Sequence record: MW812341.1
Length of the DNA stretch: 64,000 bases
Strand: one strand, 5' to 3'
The position numbers were made by a program, and so were the translations under genes. Shown in pieces: positions 54,201-63,235 of this stretch (position 1 is the stretch's first letter; each line of letters opens with the position of its first letter). Under the pieces are notes generated by a model. That model worked only from the letters and a program-made list of their open reading frames with translations. It ran no database searches and was not told where the DNA came from.

Positions 54201-56972
54201 ATGGACGATATTAGTAAATTAACTGCGCGTGATCCTGCCGTAAGCGCAATACTGCGCAAAGCCACAGGCCCCTCCGCGACACAAGAACGCGGTAAACGTC
54301 AGGAAGGCGGCACGACGCCCACCCGGTCAGAATTAACCGGGATTGCCAGTTCGCGTATTCGTACAACGAAGAACGCGCAGCGCATTTATCAGGCACTGCC
54401 TGAGTTAGAAACGATTGTCACCATTGCGACGTCCTCTCTGCTCTCTTCGAAAGACCTGATCAATACCAGCTTAATCTACGACTGCGTCACTGACGTACCG
54501 TTAGACTTAAAAGAAACTCTGCTGGGACTTGAGCGCGAATTCCACGACAACGTTCGTAAGTTACCAACGAAGTTGTACAAGTGGATTTACGATGCGGTGA
54601 AATCAAAAGGCGCGACACCTGTTTTGATTCTGTCCGACTCTGGCTTTGATAGCCTGTTCGGTCTCGATACACGCGTTGCGCAAGAATCTGCGAAAGCAGC
54701 CCTGCGTACGAAACAGATTAGCTTCTTCACCGAACAGACTGGCGCTCTACGCAAGATTGCCAAGCCTGACGAACAGAAAGTAGGTATCGAAAGTATTTTG
54801 AGTAGCCATACCAAACCGGATGGCCCACAAGAAATCAAATTCGATTTGTCGGGGATGTTCGGTAAGGAATCCGGCTTCACTGAAATGAAGGTGATGCTCA
54901 CTGATAACCGTAACGTTTTCATGATGCCAGAAGTGGTTCGTCGTGTAGCACGCGAAAATGCCAGCAGTTCATTTTACGGCCAGTTAGAGCAGGCTGCATA
55001 TGAAAAGCCAAGTACGCCAACAGGGGGCGGAACATTCGACCCACGTCCTGTTCGTGATGCAGAAGCTAACAAGATTCCTAATCAGATCAACATTGCCGAT
55101 CTGAATGAAACTTATCGTACGCCTCCTGAACAGATGCTGTACGCTGAGATGAAGAAAGCACAGATGGATGATGTTAACCGTGTGGAATACGTCGAACGTA
55201 TCCTCCCTGCGGAATCCACGCTGCCGCTTATTCTGGGCGATGACGTCATGAACCCGATTGGCTATCTGGCTATCGTGGACGAACAAGGTAACTTCATCAA
55301 TGCTCGCTCTTCACTGTACGGTGATGCGAACTTCATGAACTACCTGAACAATGACGGGATGATTGACTCTACCATTAACCGTGCTGCGATTGGCATGGGT
55401 GAAGGTAATGCTAAAGTTACACCTGAGATTGCTAACCGTCTGGTCAGCCGTTTCGGTGAGATTGCAGAGAACCAACTGGCACTGTCGCTGGGTGATGCTC
55501 TGGGCGGCGCTGAGCTGGACATTAACGTAACCGAAACCTTCGGTCGCGTTATGCTGACTCGCCACTTGGCTAAACGTCATACCCAGGTTGTGTACATTCC
55601 AGCAGAGAACCTGTGTTACTTTGCTACCGACTTCGATGAAGACGGTATTGGTGTGTCTATCACCGAACGTGCTTTCATTATCTCTTCTGTGCGTATGGCG
55701 TTGCTGTTTGCCACCATGAACTCAGCGATTCTGAATTCAGCACGTCACATGCAGTACGACATCCAATTGTCTCCGGATGCGATGAACGGTGAAGAGTCTG
55801 TTGCGAAAATCAAGTCTGATATTCTGAACAGCTACAACCGTCGTCAGCCGATGTGGGGTAACATGGATGACGTGTGGGCAATGTCCACCAACGCCGGGAT
55901 TGCGTTTAACGTGGAAGGGAACGAACATTATTCCTCTCACAAAATCTCTGTGTCGGATACCACACCGGATTACAAAGTGCCTGACCAGGCATTGGATGAA
56001 TCGCTGTTACGTCGTACGTGTCACATCGCAGGGGTTGACCCTGACTTGGTGCTGACGCCTGACAACATCGAATTCGCGTCTCAAATCTTCTCTAAATCCT
56101 TGCTGGTTACTCAGCAGATTGTGAAGAAGCAAGAGATTCTGCAAAAGCCGCTGACTCGTTATGTCGTGACGTCTACACTTTCTTCACCTAAGCTGCAAGC
56201 TCAGATGTTGGAAGCTATCATTACGTACATCAAAGATAACGAGCCGGATACTCCAGAAACCGATTACGTAGCGAAAGCTTCTGCGTACATGGGCCAGTTC
56301 ATCAATGGGATTAAAGTCAGTCTGCCACCACCAGATACATCGGCGGCTAACTCTCAGATGGATCTGTTCGACAAACGTATGGAGTTCTTCGAGAAATTGG
56401 CTGACCTGGTTGTTACGGATGATATCTCTGCCATGCTGCAAGATGCTGGCGTGTCGATGGACCCGAACAACGTTAAGTCTATGGTCAAGACGTTCTACGC
56501 ACGTAACTGGTTACGTCGCCAGGGTATTGAAAACGACTTCTTCGATCTTATCTACGACGATGACAAACGTCCAGAGAACGTGAAGATGATGTCGGATGAT
56601 GTAGCCGGTGCCAGTAAAACAATTATCCAGTTGGCTAAACGCGCACAAGGTAAGATTGAGACTCTGGCGAAACAAGCTGATGTCGTCGATGAAAACGGCG
56701 GCGGCGGTGGTTTCGGTGGGGACGACCTTGGCGGTGGAAACGACGATGGTCTGGGCGGTGATGACGGCTTAGGCGGTGATGATGATGGTTTAGGTGGCGA
56801 TGACGGACTGGGAGGAAATGACGATGGTCTCGGAGGAGACGATGGATTGGGTAGTGACGATGGGACGGGTGGAGATGATACTGGGGGCGACGGCTCTGAT
56901 GCTAATGCTGATGGGACTGGGGCTGACCCTCTTAGTGATGATGGCTCTGAGGCGGAAGAAATCCCGCAGTAA
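54201..56972 (+). CDS. Portal protein (phiKZ gp129/SPN3US gp81-like)
   Basis: LPELET..SS.LS.KD; GY..IVDE.G; QVVYIP..Y.A.D..G.G.S; R..LLFA..I.NS; size and synteny; only + strand gene. Confidence 0.75.
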   Translation: MDDISKLTARDPAVSAILRKATGPSATQERGKRQEGGTTPTRSELTGIASSRIRTTKNAQRIYQALPELETIVTIATSSLLSSKDLINTSLIYDCVTDVPLDLKETLLGLEREFHDNVRKLPTKLYKWIYDAVKSKGATPVLILSDSGFDSLFGLDTRVAQESAKAALRTKQISFFTEQTGALRKIAKPDEQKVGIESILSSHTKPDGPQEIKFDLSGMFGKESGFTEMKVMLTDNRNVFMMPEVVRRVARENASSSFYGQLEQAAYEKPSTPTGGGTFDPRPVRDAEANKIPNQINIADLNETYRTPPEQMLYAEMKKAQMDDVNRVEYVERILPAESTLPLILGDDVMNPIGYLAIVDEQGNFINARSSLYGDANFMNYLNNDGMIDSTINRAAIGMGEGNAKVTPEIANRLVSRFGEIAENQLALSLGDALGGAELDINVTETFGRVMLTRHLAKRHTQVVYIPAENLCYFATDFDEDGIGVSITERAFIISSVRMALLFATMNSAILNSARHMQYDIQLSPDAMNGEESVAKIKSDILNSYNRRQPMWGNMDDVWAMSTNAGIAFNVEGNEHYSSHKISVSDTTPDYKVPDQALDESLLRRTCHIAGVDPDLVLTPDNIEFASQIFSKSLLVTQQIVKKQEILQKPLTRYVVTSTLSSPKLQAQMLEAIITYIKDNEPDTPETDYVAKASAYMGQFINGIKVSLPPPDTSAANSQMDLFDKRMEFFEKLADLVVTDDISAMLQDAGVSMDPNNVKSMVKTFYARNWLRRQGIENDFFDLIYDDDKRPENVKMMSDDVAGASKTIIQLAKRAQGKIETLAKQADVVDENGGGGGFGGDDLGGGNDDGLGGDDGLGGDDDGLGGDDGLGGNDDGLGGDDGLGSDDGTGGDDTGGDGSDANADGTGADPLSDDGSEAEEIPQ
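56692..56930 (+). repeat. Gly/Asp-rich coding repeat (GGDDGL)n at portal C-terminus
   Basis: GGDDLGGGNDDGLGGDDGLGGDDDGLGGDDGLGGNDDGLGGDDGLGSDDG. Confidence 0.9.
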
Positions 56973-56977
56973 GTAAC

Positions 56978-57034
56978 AAAAAAAAAATAAGTGAAGTGTA
57001 CCTCTACCCGAAAGGGTAGAGGTATTACTTATTT
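56978..57034. terminator. Bidirectional intrinsic terminator
   Basis: TACCTCTACCC-GAAA-GGGTAGAGGTA flanked by A-run and T-run between convergent genes. Confidence 0.85.
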
Positions 57035-57337
57035 TTAATCCAGTGACGCAGGTTTCCCTACAGTCTCCTTCTCTTCCTTCATGATACCAATGGCCAAAGG
57101 GTCTTTCTCGTACTTGGCGAGAAACGCCAGAGCCTTAGGCAATTGGGCGGCTTCCAAAGCCGGTATGAGCGCACGGCGTACGTTGTAATAGACGTGGAAA
57201 CGTCTACCACCACTTATCCCTGACTTCACTTGTTGAAAGCGCTCCAGGAACGCTGTGGTAGCGTCGTTGTCCGGGAGTTCGAATCGAAGCAAGACATCTC
57301 GCCACTGATTCATTTCTATTACAAACAGTTTCACCAT
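57035..57337 (-). CDS. Hypothetical protein
   Basis: GAGGT RBS; 100 aa. Confidence 0.75.
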   Translation of the reverse strand: MVKLFVIEMNQWRDVLLRFELPDNDATTAFLERFQQVKSGISGGRRFHVYYNVRRALIPALEAAQLPKALAFLAKYEKDPLAIGIMKEEKETVGKPASLD

Positions 57338-57368
57338 ACTCGTACCTCATTTACGGAGTATTAAGCTT

Positions 57369-57635
57369 CTATCTATAATAATCGTGTGTAATGAAGGTGA
57401 AGTGCGGATCGAGTGAATGTAGGCGCGGCAGTATATGCTGAGAATATTTCATGTTCAGCAACGCATCCAGCTCTTTCTTTACCGTAGAATAGCGGACACA
57501 TTTCTTCTTACCAATCATCAGTGTTTCGTAACGATCGCACTGCATAGCGAAGTCGTGAACTTCTTTACCATTCACATTGACATCCACATCGAACAGCACC
57601 TTGCCGTCTTTATCCAAGATATCAATCGTCAGCAT
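57369..57635 (-). CDS. Hypothetical protein (start MLTID)
   Basis: AGGAG RBS before 57635. Confidence 0.7.
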   Translation of the reverse strand: MLTIDILDKDGKVLFDVDVNVNGKEVHDFAMQCDRYETLMIGKKKCVRYSTVKKELDALLNMKYSQHILPRLHSLDPHFTFITHDYYR

Positions 57636-57867
57636 TGCCCTCTCCTGCGCTACCTTGGGCGGCTTCGGGTTCCATCTCATCAATGCGCATGTTCAGCACG
57701 TCAAGATACAAAGTCATCGCGTTAAGTTGCATCAGCAGTAACGCCTGTTGTTTCGCAGGCAGGGAGCTGAAGTCTGAGCTATTGCGGTAATCGCTTAATG
57801 CGATAAGCTTAGTGTCCAGATCATCACGCTCGGCAGTTACTGATGCTAAAACTTCGTTCGTTTCCAT
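57622..57867 (-). CDS. crAss001_48-like helical hairpin protein (start METNE); candidate nucleotide-signal sponge
   Basis: E.DDL..KL..L..Y..S..F..L...QQ.LL..QL.AM..Y..VL..RI pattern; GAGGAG RBS. Confidence 0.6.
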   Translation of the reverse strand: METNEVLASVTAERDDLDTKLIALSDYRNSSDFSSLPAKQQALLLMQLNAMTLYLDVLNMRIDEMEPEAAQGSAGEGNADD

Positions 57868-57883
57868 TGTACTCTCCTCAAAC

Positions 57884-57915
57884 AAAAAAGAAGAGGGAGC
57901 CCGAAGGCCCCTCTT
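57884..57915 (-). terminator. Intrinsic terminator
   Basis: AAGAGGGG-CC-TTCG-GG..CCCTCTT plus T tract. Confidence 0.75.
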
Positions 57916-57918
57916 TAC

Positions 57919-59511
57919 TTAGTAACGGATAGCCGCAGTTGGCTCACCGCTAGACAACAACAGGTAACGCGCTTGTGGTGCCACCAGATAGATGTTGGCA
58001 TTCGGAATACCATGACGCAGGTATTCGTAGATTTCAGTCACTGGAACTTCAGTAGCCCCCAGAGAATGTTTACCTACCATGCTGTTACGAGTCAGTGTTG
58101 GGTAGTTGCCCGGAATCAAGATATCGTAGCCGGTCTGTACAATCGATACTGTCGCACTACCTTCCATTTTCACGGTCAGTGTTGAAACGGAAGTGGCCAC
58201 GGTCATGAACAGGTCACGGAAGAAATCCGGGGTGTCTGTGTATCCGTTATCACCGATCGTAGATTGATACAGTTGGCCTGCGAAGAAGTTCAGGTCGTCC
58301 ATGTTGCGTTCCAACTCGACGCCTTTAAACTTCCCAGGCAATTCTGCACAGCGATCCGTAGCCAAAGACAAGCCGTTGTGAACTGTCATGCTCAACATGC
58401 CGAGATATGCGTTGGTAAAACGCACAGCTTCAGACACGATGGTTTCGGTCACGTCTTCGGTTTCGCCCACAGAGCTACTGTACAGTTGAACCACAGCCAG
58501 CTTCATCGCTTGTACAGTTTCGGACACCACTTTCATTACCTTGTCTGCATCGTGGTTCTGTTTAACCAGAGCACGCAGAGTTTGGATGTGAGTGTCGTGT
58601 TCGCCAACAAACGCTTTGAAGCGCTCGCTAGTTTCTGTATTGATGCCGACCAGATAAGAACGTTTCTGTTCACGCAGACGCACAGCGATGTCTGCGCCAC
58701 TGTAATACACTGCTGGTTCGGTACCCAGTACCAGCTCTTCCAGTGGTTTCTTCCAGTCTTTCGTTTCCGCGTATTCGGTCACACGGTCGTTAGCTTCTTT
58801 CGCGGTGATAGATACGCGACGTTTTGGCGTATCCAGTTCGTGCTCTGCGTAACTTTCCAAAGCCAGTACCTCAATTGGACTAAAGACAGGTTCGTTGACA
58901 TTGCCCACAGTTTGTGTCAGTGCCATGATAGGTTGGTTGGTATCCGGTACCAACGTAGCAACTGGCATTGCTGCCAATGGAGACGTCGGTTGTGCTGCTG
59001 GAATCTGTGTAGGCGTTACGGGAATACCGCTGCTTACATTCAGTCCACCCACTTCAATCGGTAAGCCTGGGCTGCTAATTGCAGGAGTGTTATCAATCGA
59101 CAGAGATCCGCCTGCATTGATACCACCACCCCCTAAACCACCCAGACGCAGACCACCGGTCAAACCACCGGCTTGTACGTTTTGCTCACCTGCTTTAATC
59201 ATCGCAACCACTTCATTGAACAAACCGTTCAGGCTGTTGTGCAGTTGCGGGTCATTGTTGAAGCCGATATTGTACTGTTGCAGTTTCTTGTAGGCTGCCG
59301 CTTTAAAGGCTGCCACAATACCGTCTGCCAGTTTCTGTTCAGTCACACCAGGACGGGATGCCACCATGGTACCAAAACGAACCGCTATATCCAGAGCTTC
59401 GGTCACATCAACGTTGTTATTGATGACTGCTCCGTTAATCTTTGCCAGATTCTCGTCGCTGCCCAGTCGGGATTCGCAGAGTTTTGCTACAGCTTGTGCA
59501 GTAATTGCCAT
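57919..59511 (-). CDS. Large hypothetical protein with central Gly/Pro-rich linker
   Basis: 530 aa; AAGGAG RBS; directly downstream of RNAP subunit. Confidence 0.85.
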   Translation of the reverse strand: MAITAQAVAKLCESRLGSDENLAKINGAVINNNVDVTEALDIAVRFGTMVASRPGVTEQKLADGIVAAFKAAAYKKLQQYNIGFNNDPQLHNSLNGLFNEVVAMIKAGEQNVQAGGLTGGLRLGGLGGGGINAGGSLSIDNTPAISSPGLPIEVGGLNVSSGIPVTPTQIPAAQPTSPLAAMPVATLVPDTNQPIMALTQTVGNVNEPVFSPIEVLALESYAEHELDTPKRRVSITAKEANDRVTEYAETKDWKKPLEELVLGTEPAVYYSGADIAVRLREQKRSYLVGINTETSERFKAFVGEHDTHIQTLRALVKQNHDADKVMKVVSETVQAMKLAVVQLYSSSVGETEDVTETIVSEAVRFTNAYLGMLSMTVHNGLSLATDRCAELPGKFKGVELERNMDDLNFFAGQLYQSTIGDNGYTDTPDFFRDLFMTVATSVSTLTVKMEGSATVSIVQTGYDILIPGNYPTLTRNSMVGKHSLGATEVPVTEIYEYLRHGIPNANIYLVAPQARYLLLSSGEPTAAIRY

Positions 59512-59541
59512 GTTCTTGATTCTCCTTTAGATTTGTATTCT

Positions 59542-61311
59542 TTAACGGCCGATTTGTGCAATGTCGGCCTCAGCTTCTCGAATGATCGAATCGAGGGCTG
59601 GATTTCGCAACATGACAAGATTTCGGTTCGTCGTCATGTACGGGTTGAGAATGTTAGACTTGAACGGTGCAGACTTCGGAATGTAGTAAACGTTACCCAG
59701 TTCCAGATGTGATGCAGACGCATGTTTAGTGCGGTCATTCAAGTTAACGGTTTTACCTTTCTTACTGCGCTTGTTATCCGTTTCGGTTTGCCCGATGGCG
59801 TGAGTCGAGACGGCCAGTACCATAGACTCCGTAGAAGCGTTGAAGAAGTTAATCGCACCATTGCTGGTGATACCCCGACACACCAGGTTTGGTACAATCT
59901 TCTTGTTCAGCTCATCACGGATGGTTTCGTGGCAGGTTTCCGCGCTCCGGTTCTCCAGCTGGCTCAACCGCCAACGTATAAAGGAGATGGTGCTCGTGAA
60001 CCCAGTCTGTCCTAACAACAGGTAATCGACTACGGTCAAACGCTTACCGTACATGGACGGGATATCATCCTGCTTGGTAAGTCGGGTACGCACCATCAGT
60101 TTGGTCGTGTAGTACAGGAAGTCGAACATATCGATGTCCGGGTCAATATCCGGATCGGTCACCATCAGTTCGGCGCGGAACGTGTTGTTAACGTAACGTT
60201 CACACTCCATGAAGTGACTGTTCATGCTTCTCAGCAAATCCACGTCAGAAGGTTTGGTACCCTGAATACTACGGCCCAGGATTTCTTTCCAGATTTCCGG
60301 GGAGTCCAGGTTAGCCAGATCATCCGCTTCATCGAATTCGTTGATGCGGGTAAAGAGCGGTGTCAGTGTAGTGCGCTGTGGAGAACGGGCAGATTGTTTC
60401 CCAGCGTAGTAATGCGCAGCTTTATAGAAGGCAGCACACGTCACCAACAGAAGATGCTCATTCTGATCCCAGCGAGAACGGTCGACGTTCGGGAAGTTTT
60501 CTTTATCCGTCACCAGCACGTACTGAATGTTCTTCGCCAGTTGTGGTTCACCTGACGAAATCACCACTTGCTTGTCCAGATCCAGTTCTTTCACACGATA
60601 CGCTGGCCATATCTTCACATCAGCCCCCGTACAACGCTTCACAGCCTCACTGAAGCCGTATTTCCCGAACAGCCAATACATCAGTGGCTTTTCATCGGAA
60701 TCGTTGCCTTGGGTGGTTTTAGGAACGTACAGGTTATTCGTACCCGGCAGGTAAATTTCTTCCTTCTTCCCATTGACCAGGACTCGCGCTGGATTCTTAC
60801 AGAACTTCAACGACACTTTACGGGTGAAGTCAAAGTTAATGAAGATGCCACCGTGTTCACGACAGATACCCGGTTGGTGAATGACAGGTGCCACATGGTA
60901 CAGTGTGCCCCAGCTGTGCATCAACCCACCACGACGAATGAACGGTAAGTACATCGGTCTTGGAGTCAGGCGGTTCTCGCCCGGTATCTTGAAGTTAGCC
61001 ATGATCATGTATTGGTCAGTACGCGCAATCGAAATTGGTGCACGACCACGGGCCTGGCGGTTATCCGCCTTCGCCACTTTAAAGACGAATGTTTCGAACG
61101 GCTGCATGAAGCGGAACTGCTGTACCGCTAACCCGATAGGTAAGCGCGGATTGGTTTCCGGGTCGTACGTTAGTTCGCGACGAAGAATGCTATATACCCG
61201 CTCGTGAATCCCGTCTTTCGCTTGTGTGTATCCGATCCCCTCTGCCACAGCACGATTAAACGGAACGATTTTACCTTCCGTCTTTAATCGCTTAATAGAA
61301 TCTGCAAACAC
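59542..61311 (-). CDS. Non-virion RNA polymerase beta subunit, N-terminal part (phiKZ gp123/SPN3US gp77-like)
   Basis: MYLPFIRRGG..GTLYHV.PV; L..YLFGKYGF..; GKR...DY; synteny with portal; GTG start with AAGGAGG RBS. Confidence 0.75.
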   Translation of the reverse strand: MFADSIKRLKTEGKIVPFNRAVAEGIGYTQAKDGIHERVYSILRRELTYDPETNPRLPIGLAVQQFRFMQPFETFVFKVAKADNRQARGRAPISIARTDQYMIMANFKIPGENRLTPRPMYLPFIRRGGLMHSWGTLYHVAPVIHQPGICREHGGIFINFDFTRKVSLKFCKNPARVLVNGKKEEIYLPGTNNLYVPKTTQGNDSDEKPLMYWLFGKYGFSEAVKRCTGADVKIWPAYRVKELDLDKQVVISSGEPQLAKNIQYVLVTDKENFPNVDRSRWDQNEHLLLVTCAAFYKAAHYYAGKQSARSPQRTTLTPLFTRINEFDEADDLANLDSPEIWKEILGRSIQGTKPSDVDLLRSMNSHFMECERYVNNTFRAELMVTDPDIDPDIDMFDFLYYTTKLMVRTRLTKQDDIPSMYGKRLTVVDYLLLGQTGFTSTISFIRWRLSQLENRSAETCHETIRDELNKKIVPNLVCRGITSNGAINFFNASTESMVLAVSTHAIGQTETDNKRSKKGKTVNLNDRTKHASASHLELGNVYYIPKSAPFKSNILNPYMTTNRNLVMLRNPALDSIIREAEADIAQIGR

Positions 61312-61322
61312 ACCGACCCTCC

Positions 61323-62420
61323 TTATTTCATAATCGCCAGTAACGCCATACCCGCCGCTAAGTACGTTGGGATAGCCTTGAGAAAATCAGACCCGTCTTT
61401 CCTTACCGTGGCACGTTGGTCATAGCTCTCTTTGCGCTCCTCTGACTGATCCTTTCTGATTAACGATTTCTCATCGTAGTTATCTTTACGAGTAAGTGAA
61501 CGTTCTTCTAAATGATCTTTCCGCTCGTCGGACTGCTGTTTCTGTCTCAACTCCAGTGTACGATACTCAGCCAGTACCTCTTCTTTATTAAAGGCCAAGT
61601 CATTCATTCGCTGACGATGTTCCAAATCCTGCTGCGCTTTCCGATCAGCAAGGTCACGGTCTACATCCCGAATCTTATCTGCCAACTGCTGACGCAAGTT
61701 AGCGAGATCCGGTATCGCTTCCGAAAGCCAACGGAAACTACGAGCCGCATCCTCACTCTCAAACACTCGGAATGGTGATAGTGGGTCATCGAACTTGAAA
61801 TGCAACAGTCGACCACCTTCGGCAATCTCGCCGGACATCATCACCATGTATACGCCCTCTTCGTAATACTTAGAGCGCACAGAGTCTACTTTGACCATCG
61901 TGGTATAATACCTTACCCACGTATAGTTAGTTGGGTCATCATAACGCTGCACCACCACGACACCTAGCGTGATATTGGTACGGTCGCCGTGAGTTTTGGT
62001 AATCGGAGTTCGGTTAATCCCAACCGGACGGCTGGAGATGGCCAAACCCAAATCACTCAATACTACTGCTTCTCCACGTAAAATAGGAACAGGATCGTCC
62101 ACCACGTACAACAATGTGGTTTCACCATACTGCCTCAACTCATTGGCCATGTTTCGAAACACAACGGCTGAGAACGACTCTGCCATCATAGCCAGATTCG
62201 CTGTTCCTGCTGGCACTTTGTACGTCACGTAAATCTCAACCGCATTCGGGCTAACAACGCGATTACGCTTTGGTTCCAGTATAAAACTACCGCCATGGCT
62301 TTCAGTAACGTACAAAGGGATACCGGTGTTATTCGCATAGCTGATTGTTTTGGTCATGACACCATGTTGCATGGGTCGTGGCACAACTACCGGTGCGACA
62401 TCCAGTTTTTGATAGTTCAT
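61323..62420 (-). CDS. Protein with charged coiled-coil repeats and C-terminal hydrophobic anchor (start MNYQK)
   Basis: RKD-based repeats; ends AIPTYLAAGMALLAIMK; longer ORF start 62474 overlaps the promoter motif. Confidence 0.8.
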   Translation of the reverse strand: MNYQKLDVAPVVVPRPMQHGVMTKTISYANNTGIPLYVTESHGGSFILEPKRNRVVSPNAVEIYVTYKVPAGTANLAMMAESFSAVVFRNMANELRQYGETTLLYVVDDPVPILRGEAVVLSDLGLAISSRPVGINRTPITKTHGDRTNITLGVVVVQRYDDPTNYTWVRYYTTMVKVDSVRSKYYEEGVYMVMMSGEIAEGGRLLHFKFDDPLSPFRVFESEDAARSFRWLSEAIPDLANLRQQLADKIRDVDRDLADRKAQQDLEHRQRMNDLAFNKEEVLAEYRTLELRQKQQSDERKDHLEERSLTRKDNYDEKSLIRKDQSEERKESYDQRATVRKDGSDFLKAIPTYLAAGMALLAIMK

Positions 62421-62451
62421 GAGGTACCCAGTTATAAAACCAACGAACAGT

Positions 62452-62478
62452 TCACATGGATAATATCTATCCAAAATT
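62452..62478 (-). promoter_or_regulatory. Putative early promoter driving the nvRNAP operon
   Basis: Minus strand AATTTTGGATAGATATTATCCATGTGA. Confidence 0.65.
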
Positions 62479-62494
62479 ACGTGGAGTGAATGCC

Positions 62495-62521
62495 CATATC
62501 ACTTGGACTCCACGTAAAAAA
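62495..62521 (-). promoter_or_regulatory. Class-2 motif TTTTTTACG-N14-TATG within an 11-bp inverted repeat
   Basis: TTACGTGGAGT (62477-62487) and ACTCCACGTAA (62507-62517). Confidence 0.55.
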
Positions 62522-62523
62522 CC

Positions 62524-63225
62524 TCAAGGTATCAGTCGTTGGGCGATTTCCAACAGTTGACCACGGTTCAGTTCAGCAAGATTCATATTGCCGAACCCGA
62601 GTTGCAGATCGAGCTTATAACCGTTATAAGGATACGTTTTGGTGTTAGCAATATTGAGGAGCGACTCTGCCAATTTAATCATGGTAAGGTCACGCGAGAC
62701 ATATGGGATAGGGACAGGTTGGTTAGTTAAGCGGTAGTTGTACGTTACCGCATCATTATCAAAGTTGAACTGCATCGTGCGGCCTGGAATATTGTACGAC
62801 TCCGCGACAGATGGGGCGTAGCGATCGGGGCCTTTATGCCAAACGGCCTCATCGAACCCGGTAACGAAATTCTCACGAATAGCGTTGAGGATTTCCGTAA
62901 CCATCTCGGGATTTGTTTCTTTAAGTATTTTAAGGTTAGATGGCCAACCGTAATCACTAGGATCGAACATGACGAATTTGATATCACCGAAATGCAGCAC
63001 ATCACCTACACATCCAGGTTCATCATCACCCTCCAGTTTCATCTCCCACAACTGTACCCAACGCCGTATGACATCAACCGCATCGCGACTCATGTACATT
63101 TCAACACCGCTGAATAACGCAGGCATGATGCCACGTCGTTCTTTGTTATCTTTTAGGCTAACCAGATAGCCCCGCCCATCGAACAACGATGCAGTTAGCC
63201 TTGACTTCGTTAAAACGTATTCCAT
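62524..63225 (-). CDS. Hypothetical protein, paralog of 63236..63931
   Basis: C-terminal P..GYKL.L..G.G...L shared; 233 aa. Confidence 0.8.
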   Translation of the reverse strand: MEYVLTKSRLTASLFDGRGYLVSLKDNKERRGIMPALFSGVEMYMSRDAVDVIRRWVQLWEMKLEGDDEPGCVGDVLHFGDIKFVMFDPSDYGWPSNLKILKETNPEMVTEILNAIRENFVTGFDEAVWHKGPDRYAPSVAESYNIPGRTMQFNFDNDAVTYNYRLTNQPVPIPYVSRDLTMIKLAESLLNIANTKTYPYNGYKLDLQLGFGNMNLAELNRGQLLEIAQRLIP

Positions 63226-63235
63226 TAATTACTCC

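Noticed and set aside
56692-56930. CRISPR-like or VNTR array
   Set aside because: In-frame low-complexity protein repeat with synonymous variation and no spacers.
58264-59712. Long + strand ORFs (266, 132, 179 aa)
   Set aside because: Antisense to the 530-aa gene and the RNAP subunit; no RBS and no recognisable content.
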